IMG/VR virus record: IMGVR_UViG_3300046170_000404 | Coordinates: 1-59,619 of that record | Reading direction: 5' to 3' (one strand) | DNA length: 59,619 nucleotides | Origin: a virus | Lineage: Duplodnaviria; Caudoviricetes | Shown here: positions 47,589 through 58,277 of the stretch, piece after piece | Layout: every line of letters starts with the position of its first letter | Position numbering within the stretch: position 1 is the first letter of the stretch | Translations under genes and position numbers: made by a program | The notes under the pieces: generated by a model | Databases searched by the model: none | Told to the model about the DNA's origin: nothing | The model's input: the letters and a program-made list of their open reading frames with translations, nothing else

Positions 47589-48506
47589 TTAACTAGTTGG
47601 TAAGTTTCCGTTACCAAAGATTGCTCTAGGATCTGAGAATCCAAAAGAGTATCTTTCTCTAGCTTTAAATCTTACGTTACCAGTATCGAAGTCACCTTCA
47701 ATCGCAGTTTTGATTGGTGATCTAACGAAATGTTTCATTCCATTAGGTACATCAGTCATTAGGAAGAACGAGTCAGTATCAGTTAAGAAATTATTAACTG
47801 AGTATCCTTCTGGTACCATCCCCATTGAAGCGATTGCGTTGATATCGTTATCAGCTGTTCCAACTCTTTGAGGAGTTTTCATCAATCTCTCAGCAGTAAA
47901 TTGTAATTCTTTTGGAATTATCATCTTTCTACCTTGAGTAGCGATTCTTAGACCTCTTTCGTCTACGAATCCAGCGATGTCGATTAACGACTGCTCTAGT
48001 GAAGTTTCGTTAAGATCTGCAGCTACAGTAAGTCTATTCGAGAATGTACCGCCTGTTGCTAGTGGGTGAGAAGCCGAAATTAACGGTACACCGTCACCAC
48101 CAGTTACAGCATTGAATTGTGCTTGGTTAAGCACGTTTGCAGCTTTAACTTGCTTCGTGTTTGACATAGATCTTGCAAGAGCTCTTGTGTATCTTGCAGC
48201 TAATCTGTCATACAGGTTGTCTTCGATTGCTTCTTCAGTGATCGAAAATGCTAAAGCGATTGTTTCGTGGTTGTATCTAGCAGTGAAAGTTTCACCAGCT
48301 GTATCAAACACAACTCCAGCACCCTCTTGTTTAGTTGGTGCAGAAGCGAAACCACTTAACATTACTTCTTCTTCAAAAGCTCTGTCAGATGTTTCAGTTA
48401 CGAAAATTTCAGCATGCTGATTTTCGTATCTATTATATTCCAGGCCGAATAAAGCATTCAAACCTGGCTCTAGTTCTTTGACTAGTTGGGATCGTGATAT
48501 TGCCAT
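47589..48506 (-). CDS. Major capsid protein
   Basis: MAISRSQL.KELEPGLNALFG, ITEEA.EDNLY, ARERYSFG.SD.R pattern; biased codon use. Confidence 0.88.
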   Translation of the reverse strand: MAISRSQLVKELEPGLNALFGLEYNRYENQHAEIFVTETSDRAFEEEVMLSGFASAPTKQEGAGVVFDTAGETFTARYNHETIALAFSITEEAIEDNLYDRLAARYTRALARSMSNTKQVKAANVLNQAQFNAVTGGDGVPLISASHPLATGGTFSNRLTVAADLNETSLEQSLIDIAGFVDERGLRIATQGRKMIIPKELQFTAERLMKTPQRVGTADNDINAIASMGMVPEGYSVNNFLTDTDSFFLMTDVPNGMKHFVRSPIKTAIEGDFDTGNVRFKARERYSFGFSDPRAIFGNGNLPTS

Positions 48507-48521
48507 AGTATGTCTCCTTTA

Positions 48522-49100
48522 TTACGCTATACCTGTGCCACTTCTATAGAAGTGATTGTTGATTCTAACAAGAATGTTCGCATTAGCTGAACCTGTGTCA
48601 GAGTTTTCTGGGTCTTGCGAAATATCAATCGCTTGAATAGCGAATGTAGTTGCAGTTCCTGAAACACTAACATCAAGTTGTTGTTTTGATATTCCTGTTT
48701 GTGTTACACCTGTTGTGTTAGTAACAGAGTAGTTCTTGTACAGATCGGCTCTAGTAAAAGCTTCGTCAGCATCAACTAAAAATACTGCATCTGGATCATC
48801 AACAACAAATGCTGTGATGTCAGAAGCAGCAATACCACCTGGGTAGTAGTTGCTGTAAGTCGGCTTTTGAGTAGTTGGGTCTGTGTAAAAACATCCGTTA
48901 AAAACACCCACAACAGCGTCCGAAGTGTTCGGGCCGTGTCTCTGAATATTTCCAGTGCCTAATGGTTCAACCATTTCGCCTTGGAAAATTGCAGAAGCAT
49001 AACCTGAAGCAATCGTATATCTGTTTTGGGCTCCAACAAGAGGTGTTCCATCTAGTTTTCTGTAAGGTCTTAGACCAAACTTTTCTACTTGATTTGACAT
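48522..49100 (-). CDS. Capsid-associated (cement/minor capsid) protein
   Basis: FGLRP, IF.G, GVF.GC.YTDP, V.DDP; directly upstream of the capsid gene. Confidence 0.6.
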   Translation of the reverse strand: MSNQVEKFGLRPYRKLDGTPLVGAQNRYTIASGYASAIFQGEMVEPLGTGNIQRHGPNTSDAVVGVFNGCFYTDPTTQKPTYSNYYPGGIAASDITAFVVDDPDAVFLVDADEAFTRADLYKNYSVTNTTGVTQTGISKQQLDVSVSGTATTFAIQAIDISQDPENSDTGSANANILVRINNHFYRSGTGIA

Positions 49101-49158
49101 ATTTGTTTTCTCCGTTTTAACAGTTTATTTTAATAACCCGGTAGGTATTGCAAAAATA

Positions 49159-49629
49159 TTATTTTTTACGACTACCACCAAAGGTCACTCTTGACTGTCT
49201 ATCAATATTGATAGGCATGTCAGGGTGCTGTTCCTTCATAAGATCATTGTCTACCGCGTTCATTCTGTCTTGAGTAAGTTTTTTAAAATACTCAGCACGT
49301 GAAACCAATATCTCTTCTGGTATCCTTGCCAGCACAAGGCCTCCAATTCCTATACACCCCTCGTATTTGCCTTCGGTATAGAAAGGATATTTATTAGTGC
49401 CGATCTCATCTTTGACTTGTTCGACTGTAACAAAATCCCATCCTTCCCTTAATTTTTTAGATACATTAGCTGTATCTTCAAAACCTTGAACGGTAGTACG
49501 GATCCATCTGTGGGCGTAACCGTTCGGTGCGGGTGGTGCATCCAAACTGGATGGTGGAGTCCAAGCTTTTGGAGCTTCTTTCGTTGCTTTATTCTCTGAC
49601 TCCCGTGAAGTTCTCTTAATTGTACTCAT
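49159..49629 (-). CDS. Conserved head-module protein
   Basis: W.PPS.L.AP..P.G...RWIR...REGW pattern. Confidence 0.7.
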   Translation of the reverse strand: MSTIKRTSRESENKATKEAPKAWTPPSSLDAPPAPNGYAHRWIRTTVQGFEDTANVSKKLREGWDFVTVEQVKDEIGTNKYPFYTEGKYEGCIGIGGLVLARIPEEILVSRAEYFKKLTQDRMNAVDNDLMKEQHPDMPINIDRQSRVTFGGSRKK

Positions 49630-49630
49630 A

Positions 49631-50698
49631 CTATTTATCCTCCTTCACGTATCTAGCATATTCCTCTAGTGGCACATTTAATCTTTTAGCAATCGCTACC
49701 TGTGACTTTGTGAGTTTCACAGTTCTGCGTCCTTGTTGACTACGACCAGCCGAGGCAACCGTTTGGACGGGTTTGGGTGTCTCTTTTTTAGGCTCGTCAT
49801 TAGTGTTACTAAAACTCTCTGGAAAATATCCTTTAAGTCTTGAGTTAACTTCATTATAATACTCATCACTGTCGACTTCAATACCCTCTTGAGAAATATT
49901 GTTGTGTATAGTAATAGCAGCATTAGTCATGACCTCATCAGTCCCGAACCACGTATTTTCCTCAGCCCATTTCTTAGCTCTAGGTGTAATTTGTGGTGCC
50001 GTTTGTGATGTTTCCGCTGTTTGAGGTTCAGCTTGTACGTTTTGTTGTTGTTTACTTTTTTCTTCTTCAACTTTCTTTTTTTCTTCACGATTATTCATCT
50101 CTAATCTAGCTTTTTCTTTTTCGACAGCTAGTTGAGTTAATTTATCGTTAGCCTCCATAATTTTAGAAGCGTCTTGACTTTCGATTGCTGATTGAAGAGC
50201 TACTTTGACCTGTTCTCTCTGAGCGTCTACTCTAGCATCTAATTCTTTTAGATACTGATCGTCAGTAGAATTTAACTTTTTAAGATTAGTGTCAAATTTC
50301 TTTTGTATACCTTGTGCAAAATCAAGTGCTGCTTTTTCTCTTCTTTCAGCTTCTTTTTTTTGAAAGACAAGTTTATCAATTCTTTTTTGATAATCTCTTC
50401 TCGACTCATTAAGGTTTGGTTTTTCTTCTTCAGTTTTAGATTCAACTTTTTCCTCAACAGGAGTTTCAGGTTTATCTTCTGTAACTTCTATTTGTGGTTT
50501 TTCTGTTTTATCTTCTTCTGGTTTATCGTGTCCTGTATATCCTAAATCAACTTCACCAACATTTAAATTTGGTGCTTCTTCTTTTTTTGATTTTTCTTCT
50601 ACAGATACATTTTCTTCTTTAACATTATCGGTATCTAACTCTACCTCATGTTCTTTTGCCATAAGTGCTTCTGCACTATAGTCTTTTACTTCTGCCAT
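49631..50698 (-). CDS. Scaffolding protein
   Basis: Acidic coiled coil; W...N.WFG; C-terminal LT.SQVAIAKRL.VPLEEYA. Confidence 0.7.
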   Translation of the reverse strand: MAEVKDYSAEALMAKEHEVELDTDNVKEENVSVEEKSKKEEAPNLNVGEVDLGYTGHDKPEEDKTEKPQIEVTEDKPETPVEEKVESKTEEEKPNLNESRRDYQKRIDKLVFQKKEAERREKAALDFAQGIQKKFDTNLKKLNSTDDQYLKELDARVDAQREQVKVALQSAIESQDASKIMEANDKLTQLAVEKEKARLEMNNREEKKKVEEEKSKQQQNVQAEPQTAETSQTAPQITPRAKKWAEENTWFGTDEVMTNAAITIHNNISQEGIEVDSDEYYNEVNSRLKGYFPESFSNTNDEPKKETPKPVQTVASAGRSQQGRRTVKLTKSQVAIAKRLNVPLEEYARYVKEDK

Positions 50699-50714
50699 TT
50701 TTATTCTCCTTTAT

Positions 50715-51155
50715 TTAAAATAAATGGAGAATATCTTCTGGCTTACCTATAGTTCCTATGATCTCGTCATCATTGAGTATTCGGTGCTCACCGAATTTAG
50801 TTTGAAATCTACTTCCAGAGTATCTGCCATAAATAACAAATTCTCCTTCTTTACACCAAGCACCTTTAGGAAATTTTTCTTTATCTTGATAACAAAGGTC
50901 ACCCTGTTTGACAACTAATCCAACGACAGTTGTCATTTGAATTTTGTCTTGAGTTTCGTCTGCTAAGATTACACCGCCTTTTGTTTTTGCTTGTCCTGAC
51001 CAAGGTCTAACAAGCATACGGTATCCTACTGGGTTGGGTATGATTTCAAGATATTCTTTGATGCCTTTGGGATCTGTTGGAATCTGTGATTTAACCTCTT
51101 CCTTGTTTTTTTCGTTTCCGAAATCAGTAAGTTTAGGTTTTATCAATTGTACCAT
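50715..51155 (-). CDS. groES: GroES-like co-chaperonin
   Basis: P.GYR.LV, KTKGG.IL, G.VV..G, RY.G, ILNDDEI. Confidence 0.85.
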   Translation of the reverse strand: MVQLIKPKLTDFGNEKNKEEVKSQIPTDPKGIKEYLEIIPNPVGYRMLVRPWSGQAKTKGGVILADETQDKIQMTTVVGLVVKQGDLCYQDKEKFPKGAWCKEGEFVIYGRYSGSRFQTKFGEHRILNDDEIIGTIGKPEDILHLF

Positions 51156-51336
51156 CGTTATCCTCCTTTTGCAGGTTTTTAATATCCTGAAGCAGCGTTT
51201 CTAAGGCGCTGAGTCTGCCCCTACCATACATCAGTTGTTCTACCGTTTCAACCCCATAGCAGAGATGATCTTTTATATCTTTAATTTGTTTATTAATTAC
51301 ATTAACAATCTGTTCTTTAGTGTGATAATCCAACAT
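51133..51336 (-). CDS. Hypothetical protein
   Basis: Small helical ORF upstream of the GroES-like gene. Confidence 0.65.
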   Translation of the reverse strand: MLDYHTKEQIVNVINKQIKDIKDHLCYGVETVEQLMYGRGRLSALETLLQDIKNLQKEDNDGTIDKT

Positions 51337-51339
51337 TAA

Positions 51340-51546
51340 TTATAATTTGAATTGTTGTAGTACTTCTAACTTTTCTTCTGCTTCTGAAATTTTTGTAATT
51401 AATTTATCTATTTCATCTAAGTGTTGAGGATGCTCTCCGATTGCTACAGGTTTTTCTAAATATATTTGAATAGTAGCATCGGCTTCAGATATCTGAGCAT
51501 TATATCTATCTTCTAAAGCTTGTAAAAGTGTAGATCGAAGATTCAT
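51340..51546 (-). CDS. Hypothetical protein (P..IGEHP motif)
   Basis: ORF track. Confidence 0.7.
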   Translation of the reverse strand: MNLRSTLLQALEDRYNAQISEADATIQIYLEKPVAIGEHPQHLDEIDKLITKISEAEEKLEVLQQFKL

Positions 51547-51560
51547 ACAGAATCTATATA

Positions 51561-51719
51561 TTAATTATAAGGTTTGTAAATACTTTTTATTTTACCTTGT
51601 GCCTTTAATTTTTTAAGGTCGCCTTTTGATAGTTTTGAATAATCAACTTCCTCAAATTGTTGAATATGAGGATCAGTTTGATTTTTAGGTTTAAATAAAT
51701 TTTTAAGCCACTTCCACAT
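51561..51719 (-). CDS. 52-aa hypothetical protein (MWKWLKNLF...)
   Basis: Translated by hand; TAATG overlap. Confidence 0.55.
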   Translation of the reverse strand: MWKWLKNLFKPKNQTDPHIQQFEEVDYSKLSKGDLKKLKAQGKIKSIYKPYN

Positions 51720-51874
51720 TATATTTTTTGCATCTCTGGGTTAGTTGATAAAATATTTTTTTCTGCTCTAGGTCTAGCTACTGAATCTTTACTTCTTTTT
51801 CTAAGTTGAGCAATAGCAGATTCTTTCATCTGTTTTTCTTTTTTAAGTTTTTGTAGATCTCTTTCTAGATTCAT
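51719..51874 (-). CDS. 51-aa basic protein (MNLERDLQK...)
   Basis: Translated by hand; ATGA overlap with the holin-like gene. Confidence 0.6.
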   Translation of the reverse strand: MNLERDLQKLKKEKQMKESAIAQLRKRSKDSVARPRAEKNILSTNPEMQKI

Positions 51875-52266
51875 TTTTTATCCTTATTCATTCCGCCTCT
51901 GAAGATTTGAGTTCCCTTAATACCATAGATGCTCGCCACGACAAGGATCCACAAATTTGTAAACCATGATGGGAGCTGCGAGAACATCTCGAAGAACAAT
52001 TTAACCTTGTCCATAGCGGACGGATCATCGCTGACAACTGCCCAAGCTAAAATTGCTATGGGCAAACTTAAAATTAATAAAACTGCCTCGTCCTTCCAGT
52101 CCGATTGACGTGCTTCTAAAAGTTTTCCTTGGTAAGCTTCCTTACCCTCGGCCATACGAGATGCATGCATAAGCTGTGCATCTGACATAGCTATTTTTGT
52201 CTTCTGCTTGTTAGCATAAATTTTACTTCCAGCAGAGACTGCGAGTTTGATAGCTGATAACCACAT
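51871..52266 (-). CDS. Holin-like membrane protein
   Basis: WKDE, two TM segments, P.W, ASIYG. Confidence 0.6.
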   Translation of the reverse strand: MWLSAIKLAVSAGSKIYANKQKTKIAMSDAQLMHASRMAEGKEAYQGKLLEARQSDWKDEAVLLILSLPIAILAWAVVSDDPSAMDKVKLFFEMFSQLPSWFTNLWILVVASIYGIKGTQIFRGGMNKDKK

Positions 52267-52880
52267 TATTTTTTATATCCTCCTCTTTTCATTTTTATTG
52301 GAGGTACTTGAGGGTTAGGTCCTCTCTTTGGTGGTGGTCCATAACTTATACCACCTGATAAACCTCCAACTTTGTAAGCTACAAAATTAAAAAAATTATC
52401 TTTAGGTTTTATTAATAAGGGATCAACTGGTTTAGTTGCTGCGATTGGAATAATTGAAGAGTTATTATTGTCTCCTCCTCCACCTCCAATAGGAGTTATA
52501 GGTGCGTTACCACCAAACCCTGCTTTTTTTAAATATTTTTTACCCTCTGGTGAATTAGGTTGCAAAACCTTACCTGTGGTTTTGTATTTGTCTCTGTACA
52601 AGCCTTCTTTTTTCGCAAACTTCTGTCTACCTTTATAATTTTGTTTAGCTGCAAAATTTATTGCAGTACCTAAAAAAGGAATTCCTAAACTTCCTACAAC
52701 AGTGGATGCAACAGTACCTAAAGGTTTTTTAAATGGAACATCTTTGACTGCAGGACCAATTTTACTTCCTCCACCATTTCCACCTCCTTGATTAGCACTC
52801 TTATTTACGGAAGGACTTTTAAAATCTGATTTTGAAGCATCCATTCCTCCACCACGAAGTTTTCTAATTTTTCTTTTCAT
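52266..52880 (-). CDS. Basic Gly-rich protein, probably virion-associated
   Basis: Three xxGG motifs; GPPPKRGP.PQ tail. Confidence 0.65.
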   Translation of the reverse strand: MKRKIRKLRGGGMDASKSDFKSPSVNKSANQGGGNGGGSKIGPAVKDVPFKKPLGTVASTVVGSLGIPFLGTAINFAAKQNYKGRQKFAKKEGLYRDKYKTTGKVLQPNSPEGKKYLKKAGFGGNAPITPIGGGGGDNNNSSIIPIAATKPVDPLLIKPKDNFFNFVAYKVGGLSGGISYGPPPKRGPNPQVPPIKMKRGGYKK

Positions 52881-55211
52881 TATTTACTTTGTCTTTTTTT
52901 AATTCTAGCAATCTCAAGTTTCTCATCAGCAATTCTAATTCTTTCTGCTGCTTGATCTTCATTGTTTTCTAGTTTCATTTTTTCAATATCTAATCTTTCA
53001 TCGATTTCATTTTCTCTAATCTCATTAGAATTCATATCTTGTTCTGCTCTTCTTTGAATATCAATTGCTTTTAGATCTAATTCTCTTTCTTTTAATGCAA
53101 CTAGTGGATCTTTCTGTTGACCCATAGCTTCACCTTGAGCAAGTTGTGTTGTTATCTCTGCAACTCTTTTTGCAATCATAGAAGCAACTTGAATCTCTGC
53201 TCCTTCTGGATCTTGTTGTAACATCTGTTGCATTTGAGGATCATTTTGAATCATTGCACCAACTTCTCCTTGTGCTTTTAATGAAACGTGCTCAGATATG
53301 TGTGCTTGTAGAGCTGAATACACTTGAGGATTAATTTGAACCATTCTTGTTTGCATAAATGCTACATGAGCTGAAATATGTGCGTCATGATCTTGAGTTG
53401 GAAATGCTCTTAAAGGTTTTTGCATTAAAGCTTCCATATTCTCGGTCGCTGGATCTTTAGGAGTTGGTTTTTCTTGTGGAATAAGTAATTGATCTATGTC
53501 TTGAGTTCCTAATGCTTCATATACTCTACGATATGCCTCTCTCAAGTTGTGCATCATAGGATTTGACATAGCAATCTTTAAATTTTCGTTAGCAAGCGTT
53601 ACTCTTTGTGCCATACTCATAATATTTGGGTCGGCAACCGGTATTACATCTACTCTATCATCGAAATCAGTTTGTTTTACTGCTTGATCAGGCACCATAT
53701 ACTGAATATGGGTAGATCGGTGGTAGATATGTACCAAATACTTTTGATAAAAGTCTAAATTCTCTTCTCATTGAGTAGTAACATCGCTTGTGTATTGCGC
53801 TCATGACCCTCGATCCACGTTCCAATAAGGACACAGTGGTACCAACAGCTCTATTTTGCATGTCATTACCTGTATCCATGTTAGTAATTGCTGCAAACTT
53901 CTGTCCTGCGTTAACAACAAAGCCCATTAATTGATATAATGTAGCTGATGGCTCTTTAAAAGGTAAAATTTGAAATTGATCTTTGATGTTACCCCCAGGT
54001 GCATCCACATCTCTGAACTCTCCTGGTTGAAATGGTTGGTCATCGTCTCTAATTCTTATACCTCTAGACTTAAATCCTGCAGGTAAGTTAGATAATGTAC
54101 CTGCATCTAGTAATTGTCTTAGTGATTGTGTTGCAGTTCTAGATAATCCACCTATCATGTGTGTTAATCCAAAACCATAAAAACCTAATCCTGGTAAAAA
54201 TTTAAAATGTACAAAGTATTCTTTTCTTTTTTTAGTTTCATCTGCCATATCATAGTTACGATAGATAGATAAAACTTCTCCAGAGCCTTCATCAATAGTT
54301 ATGATGTAAGGAACCTTAACTTCTTTTTCTGAATTAGTGTTTTCAAACTCTTGTAAATTACAATCAACGTGCATCTCAAGAACTGAGTATGAATATTGTT
54401 TATCAGTTGAAGGAGTAACCCCTTCTAACTCTTGATATTTTTTTTCAATTTCTGTGGGACCACTTGAAGTTGGTTTTAATTCTACATCTCTATAAAATCC
54501 TGCTGCTTGTTTTTTAAGTATTTCATTCTCTCCCATTTTTATAACATGGGTAATTCTTTCACATTCTAATAAATCGCTAGCATAGTATGGAACCACTAAG
54601 TCTTCTGCAGGAATAAATTTAGATACAGCTCTTTGCATCACTTCATCATAGTAAACCTTCTTAAATGCAGAACCTGCTAATGCTAAATAAAATAATAACT
54701 GATCAAATTCTGGAGTGTACTCTTCCATCTCTTCAGTAATCATGTAGTTCATAAAATCTTGAACACGTTGTGCTTGATTTACTTTTTCATTATCTTCCAT
54801 TCCAAGAACTCTAGCTCTTACAGGTCCTTGAGACGGGAGTAATTCTTTATAGGCTTGTGCTTGAAATTGAGTTACAGCTTCTGATAAAAGTGGATGAGTC
54901 ACGGATGCCGAACCTTTAAACGGTCTAGTCATCTCTGTGTGTTTAATTCCAAGTAAATCTAAATTATTGGTATAAGAAGTTTCCCAATCTTTTCTTGAAA
55001 CTCTATCTTTTTTATAATCATCTAATAGCTGATTTGACATTCTTTGAAGAGTCTCGTCAGACATGTCTTCTGCAAGATTCTTAAAAAATTCTTCAGTCTC
55101 GTTGACAGCTTCTTCTACAGTTGTCGGTTCCTCACCTTCAATTTCGATATCAACTTCTTCTGAATCAGGAGTTATTACTTCCTCTTCAATTGCTTTGTCA
55201 ATTTCAGCCAT
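52880..55211 (-). CDS. Portal protein, split by a frameshift near 53690
   Basis: HPLL.EAV.QFQA, GSAFKK.Y, FYG.GL, PGEFRDVD; ORFs 53688-55211 and 52880-53737 join at YSVYG-(A)DQ. Confidence 0.88.
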
Positions 55212-55219
55212 GTTAAAAA

Positions 55220-55816
55220 TTAATAAAGTTTAGTTGGTTTATTTCTCGCCATTCCACCACCACGAGCTTTAACCATTGTGCCTTTGTTAAATAATTTTTT
55301 ATCAAATGTAAAACCAAATAAACCTGGATTTTTGCTATCCGTGCTTTTTTTCATTGCATTAGATTTTTTTGATCTTGCAACTTTCATTGCAGATGAATAA
55401 GCTTTTTTATTTTCATAAGTCTTACCACCACTTTCAATTTTCCCATCTTTTAAAACATTAATAGATTTTTGATTCAAACCACTAACTTTTTTACCACCTT
55501 GATAAATTCCAGATCCACTTCCTTTACTTGAATCTAAATTTACAAATTTAGTTTTAGTATTACCAACTCCTTTGTTAACACCATCTTTAAAAACATTACC
55601 TGTTGAATCTACTTTTAATCTTGGAAATTTTGTTTTAACTTTTGTTGGACCAACAGCAGTTTTAAATTTTTTAGCTGTACCTGTAAACAATCTTTTATCT
55701 GTACCTGTTGCTCCTGTAATTTGTGATTTTCCTCCTAGCATTCCTAACTTAGATGCACCAAATAATGCTGCCCCAGCTAGAAGAATCTTATTTCGTCTTC
55801 TTGATTTTTTTGACAT
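55220..55816 (-). CDS. Basic protein between terminase and portal
   Basis: Lys-rich with N-terminal hydrophobic segment; ARGGG.A tail. Confidence 0.7.
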   Translation of the reverse strand: MSKKSRRRNKILLAGAALFGASKLGMLGGKSQITGATGTDKRLFTGTAKKFKTAVGPTKVKTKFPRLKVDSTGNVFKDGVNKGVGNTKTKFVNLDSSKGSGSGIYQGGKKVSGLNQKSINVLKDGKIESGGKTYENKKAYSSAMKVARSKKSNAMKKSTDSKNPGLFGFTFDKKLFNKGTMVKARGGGMARNKPTKLY

Positions 55817-55831
55817 GTCTTTAACTCCTAA

Positions 55832-57316
55832 TTAATAATATACGTATTTACGTTCTTTATAACTTTGAACCTCATCCTCGTCAGCATAAGTAGTTACAAA
55901 AGAACCTTGTCGATATCTTAACATAGCTTGGGTAGTGCTGTCCACATAATCGTCATGTTCTCCATGAGGAAACGCAGCACATTCCTCAATCACTTCTTGA
56001 GCCCAATGTTCGTCTCTAGGAAAATATACTTGTTTAGATTCAAATAATGGAGCACAGGCGTTGACCCGTGAGTGTTTGTCCTGGCCTCTTCCTGGTGTGT
56101 AATCCATAACCGGTATACCCATTCTTCTTAATTCTTGTAATAAACTTTGTCCACTAGCTTTAGCTTCTATAATAATTGTTTCTGGTTGCCAATACTTATA
56201 TTGATCGAGTGCAACCATTTTTAATTCTGGAAAATCATATTTACCTTTTACGGCATCAATTAACATAATAGCATCAGGCATGGATTCGTGAGGCGTGAAT
56301 ATTCCCCATGTAGTAATTGCACTATAATCGGCAGATTCTTTTTTACTGAATGCAGTATCATAAGATTGAATAACATGTTTTAACGTAGGAAGATCCCCGA
56401 CCCAAGGCTGCCACCATTCTCTTTTAAGAATTGCTCCTTCCTCTGACGTGGGGTTTTGCATGTATTGAGCTGACCAATTTCTAATTGATATGGACGCTTT
56501 AACTTTTTCTAATTCATCTAGGCTCCAATATTCAGGCCACACGGGTTGGACATTGTCATCTTCTCCAAGCAAAGCAGGAAAAGAAATTGTTTCCCATTGG
56601 TCTGACTTAGGTTCATTTTGTGATTTAATTAATCGACCTGTCAAATCATCTTGAGCCCATCTTGTCATTACAAGTACAATTGAGCCTCCAGGTTGTAGAC
56701 GTTGTCTTGGTCCTGATAAGTACCAATCAAAAGTTCTCTCCATAGCACTATCGGATAACGAATCTTGCTCCGTGTGTGGATCGTCAATAATAAGTAAGTC
56801 CGCCCCTCGTCCTGTGATAGAACCGCCAACACCCGCTGCAAAGTATTCCCCACCTTGATTGGTCTCCCAACGTCCTTTTGCCTTACTATCTTCTCTTAGT
56901 CTAACATCTCCAAAGATCTGTTTATACTCCGCACTATCAATTAAGTTTCTTACCTTAGCACCGAACCTTCCTGAAAGTTCTGCGTTGTGAGATACCTGCA
57001 TAATTTTCATTTTAGGATTCTTTCCGATCATCCAAGCAGGAAAGTATATGGATGCAAATTCTGATTTGGTATGTCTAGGAGGCATATTCACTATGAGCCT
57101 TCCTTTTTTATTTTTAGATATCTTAGTAAACTCGTGTGCTATGTGTTGATGGTGTCCCCACTTATCTGGATCTTTATCAGTTCTACAAATGAAATCTGGC
57201 CAAACATTCTTTACAAAATACAAGAAGTTGTCTTGGCATAATTTTATATGTTTCAACCATACTTTTTCGAGCCTCTCTCGTAATTGATCGGTGGTCAATA
57301 ATTCTGTATCTGTCAT
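55832..57316 (-). CDS. terL: Terminase large subunit
   Basis: MPPRHTKSE, GRGAD..IIDDP, MTRW, YDTA, HDD.VD. Confidence 0.95.
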   Translation of the reverse strand: MTDTELLTTDQLRERLEKVWLKHIKLCQDNFLYFVKNVWPDFICRTDKDPDKWGHHQHIAHEFTKISKNKKGRLIVNMPPRHTKSEFASIYFPAWMIGKNPKMKIMQVSHNAELSGRFGAKVRNLIDSAEYKQIFGDVRLREDSKAKGRWETNQGGEYFAAGVGGSITGRGADLLIIDDPHTEQDSLSDSAMERTFDWYLSGPRQRLQPGGSIVLVMTRWAQDDLTGRLIKSQNEPKSDQWETISFPALLGEDDNVQPVWPEYWSLDELEKVKASISIRNWSAQYMQNPTSEEGAILKREWWQPWVGDLPTLKHVIQSYDTAFSKKESADYSAITTWGIFTPHESMPDAIMLIDAVKGKYDFPELKMVALDQYKYWQPETIIIEAKASGQSLLQELRRMGIPVMDYTPGRGQDKHSRVNACAPLFESKQVYFPRDEHWAQEVIEECAAFPHGEHDDYVDSTTQAMLRYRQGSFVTTYADEDEVQSYKERKYVYY

Positions 57317-57498
57317 CTTAATTTACTATACCCTCGGGTCCCCTTTAAATCTACCCCCTAATTCTAGGAAGCCTTACTACTTCTATCTGCCATACAATGT
57401 TAAGGTAAAGTAAGTTAAATATCGTAAAAAAATCGTAAAAAAATAGAAATAAAAAAATTTCTATTTTTGGATTTTGGTTGGTACCTCTATCGAGTACC

Positions 57499-57523
57499 AC
57501 GCCCCACGGATCACGTGGGGCGT
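57499..57523. terminator. GC-rich hairpin ending the right early block
   Basis: ACGCCCCACG-GATCA-CGTGGGGCGT. Confidence 0.55.
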
Positions 57524-57717
57524 TTGTTATTAGATTAGTTTTTTATTAATTGTGATTGTCTTGTTTTGACTTGACTATCTATAAAAGATTTATGTTGATC
57601 TTGTAAGAGATAGTTTTCTAGGCTTTTATTAACTCCTCGGGTTTATACTTAATCATAAAATCTTTATGACATAAGTTGCTATAATCTTTTAATAGTTGTT
57701 TTATATAGTCGCTCATG

Positions 57718-57870
57718 TTAAGCCCTCGACATTGTTCGAATTGATAAGATAAGCCCACCCACGGACAGGCCAAAGCCTGTCCACGGATCAACCGTAAATA
57801 ATACAATCACGCCTAAAAATGCGATTGTAAAACTTACAATTATTAAAATAATATATAATGCTAATTCCAT
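57718..57870 (-). CDS. Small two-TM protein, frameshifted
   Basis: Hand translation MELALYIILIIVSFTIAFLGVIVLF / TVDPWTGFGLSVGGLILSIRTMSRA*. Confidence 0.45.
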   Translation of the reverse strand: MELALYIILIIVSFTIAFLGVIVLFTVDPWTGFGLSVGGLILSIRTMSRA

Positions 57871-58202
57871 TATAATTTATTTACGTTAACTTCTAACGTT
57901 GTAGACTCAACCTTTTTGACTTTGTATTGTTTATATATTTTAGGTTGCTCCTCTTTTAATTTAGCTAAATCAATCGTTAAATATTCTTTAAACATTGTTT
58001 TAGCGTGGACGTTGTGACCTTTACAAAGTGTAAAGACTTGCCCTCCATGTTTTGCCACAAGCTTTACGGCATCCTCTTTAATGCTTTTTTCTAGATCCGT
58101 GAAAGCCTTTTTTTTAATTTTTACTTCGGAATAGTTAAATAAAAGTTTACTATCTAAAGTAGACAAATTATTTAATTTTGTCTTTTTTTTAAGTGTACTC
58201 AT
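57870..58202 (-). CDS. Hypothetical early protein
   Basis: GAGG SD; D..KLKEE.P.IY pattern. Confidence 0.75.
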   Translation of the reverse strand: MSTLKKKTKLNNLSTLDSKLLFNYSEVKIKKKAFTDLEKSIKEDAVKLVAKHGGQVFTLCKGHNVHAKTMFKEYLTIDLAKLKEEQPKIYKQYKVKKVESTTLEVNVNKL

Positions 58203-58244
58203 TTTTTTACCTCGTTTTTAGTTATATCTAACTTATGTTAGATA

Positions 58245-58277
58245 AGCCCAATTTAATGGGATATTATGGGAAGTCAA
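58245..58277 (-). promoter_or_regulatory. Promoter with a variant ATCYYA-N6-TRRGAT operator
   Basis: TTGACT at 58277-58272; AGCCCA-ATTTAA-TGGGAT at 58245-58262. Confidence 0.65.

Noticed and set aside
50715-51155. GroES-like gene as a novelty
   Set aside because: Phage co-chaperonins next to head genes are well known.
52880-55211. Programmed frameshifts or pseudogenes in portal, TerS, nuclease, halogenase-like, 24085 and other genes
   Set aside because: Many single-base shifts in unrelated and essential genes without shared slippery sites; sequencing or assembly error is simpler. Accurate reads would settle it.
11568-55835. Many 60-115 aa antisense or alternative-frame ORFs inside long genes
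   Set aside because: No SD or motifs; typical shadow ORFs.
3510-57316. TerS and TerL at opposite ends of the window
   Set aside because: On a circular map they are co-oriented and about 6 kb apart, so the separation mostly reflects where the contig was opened.
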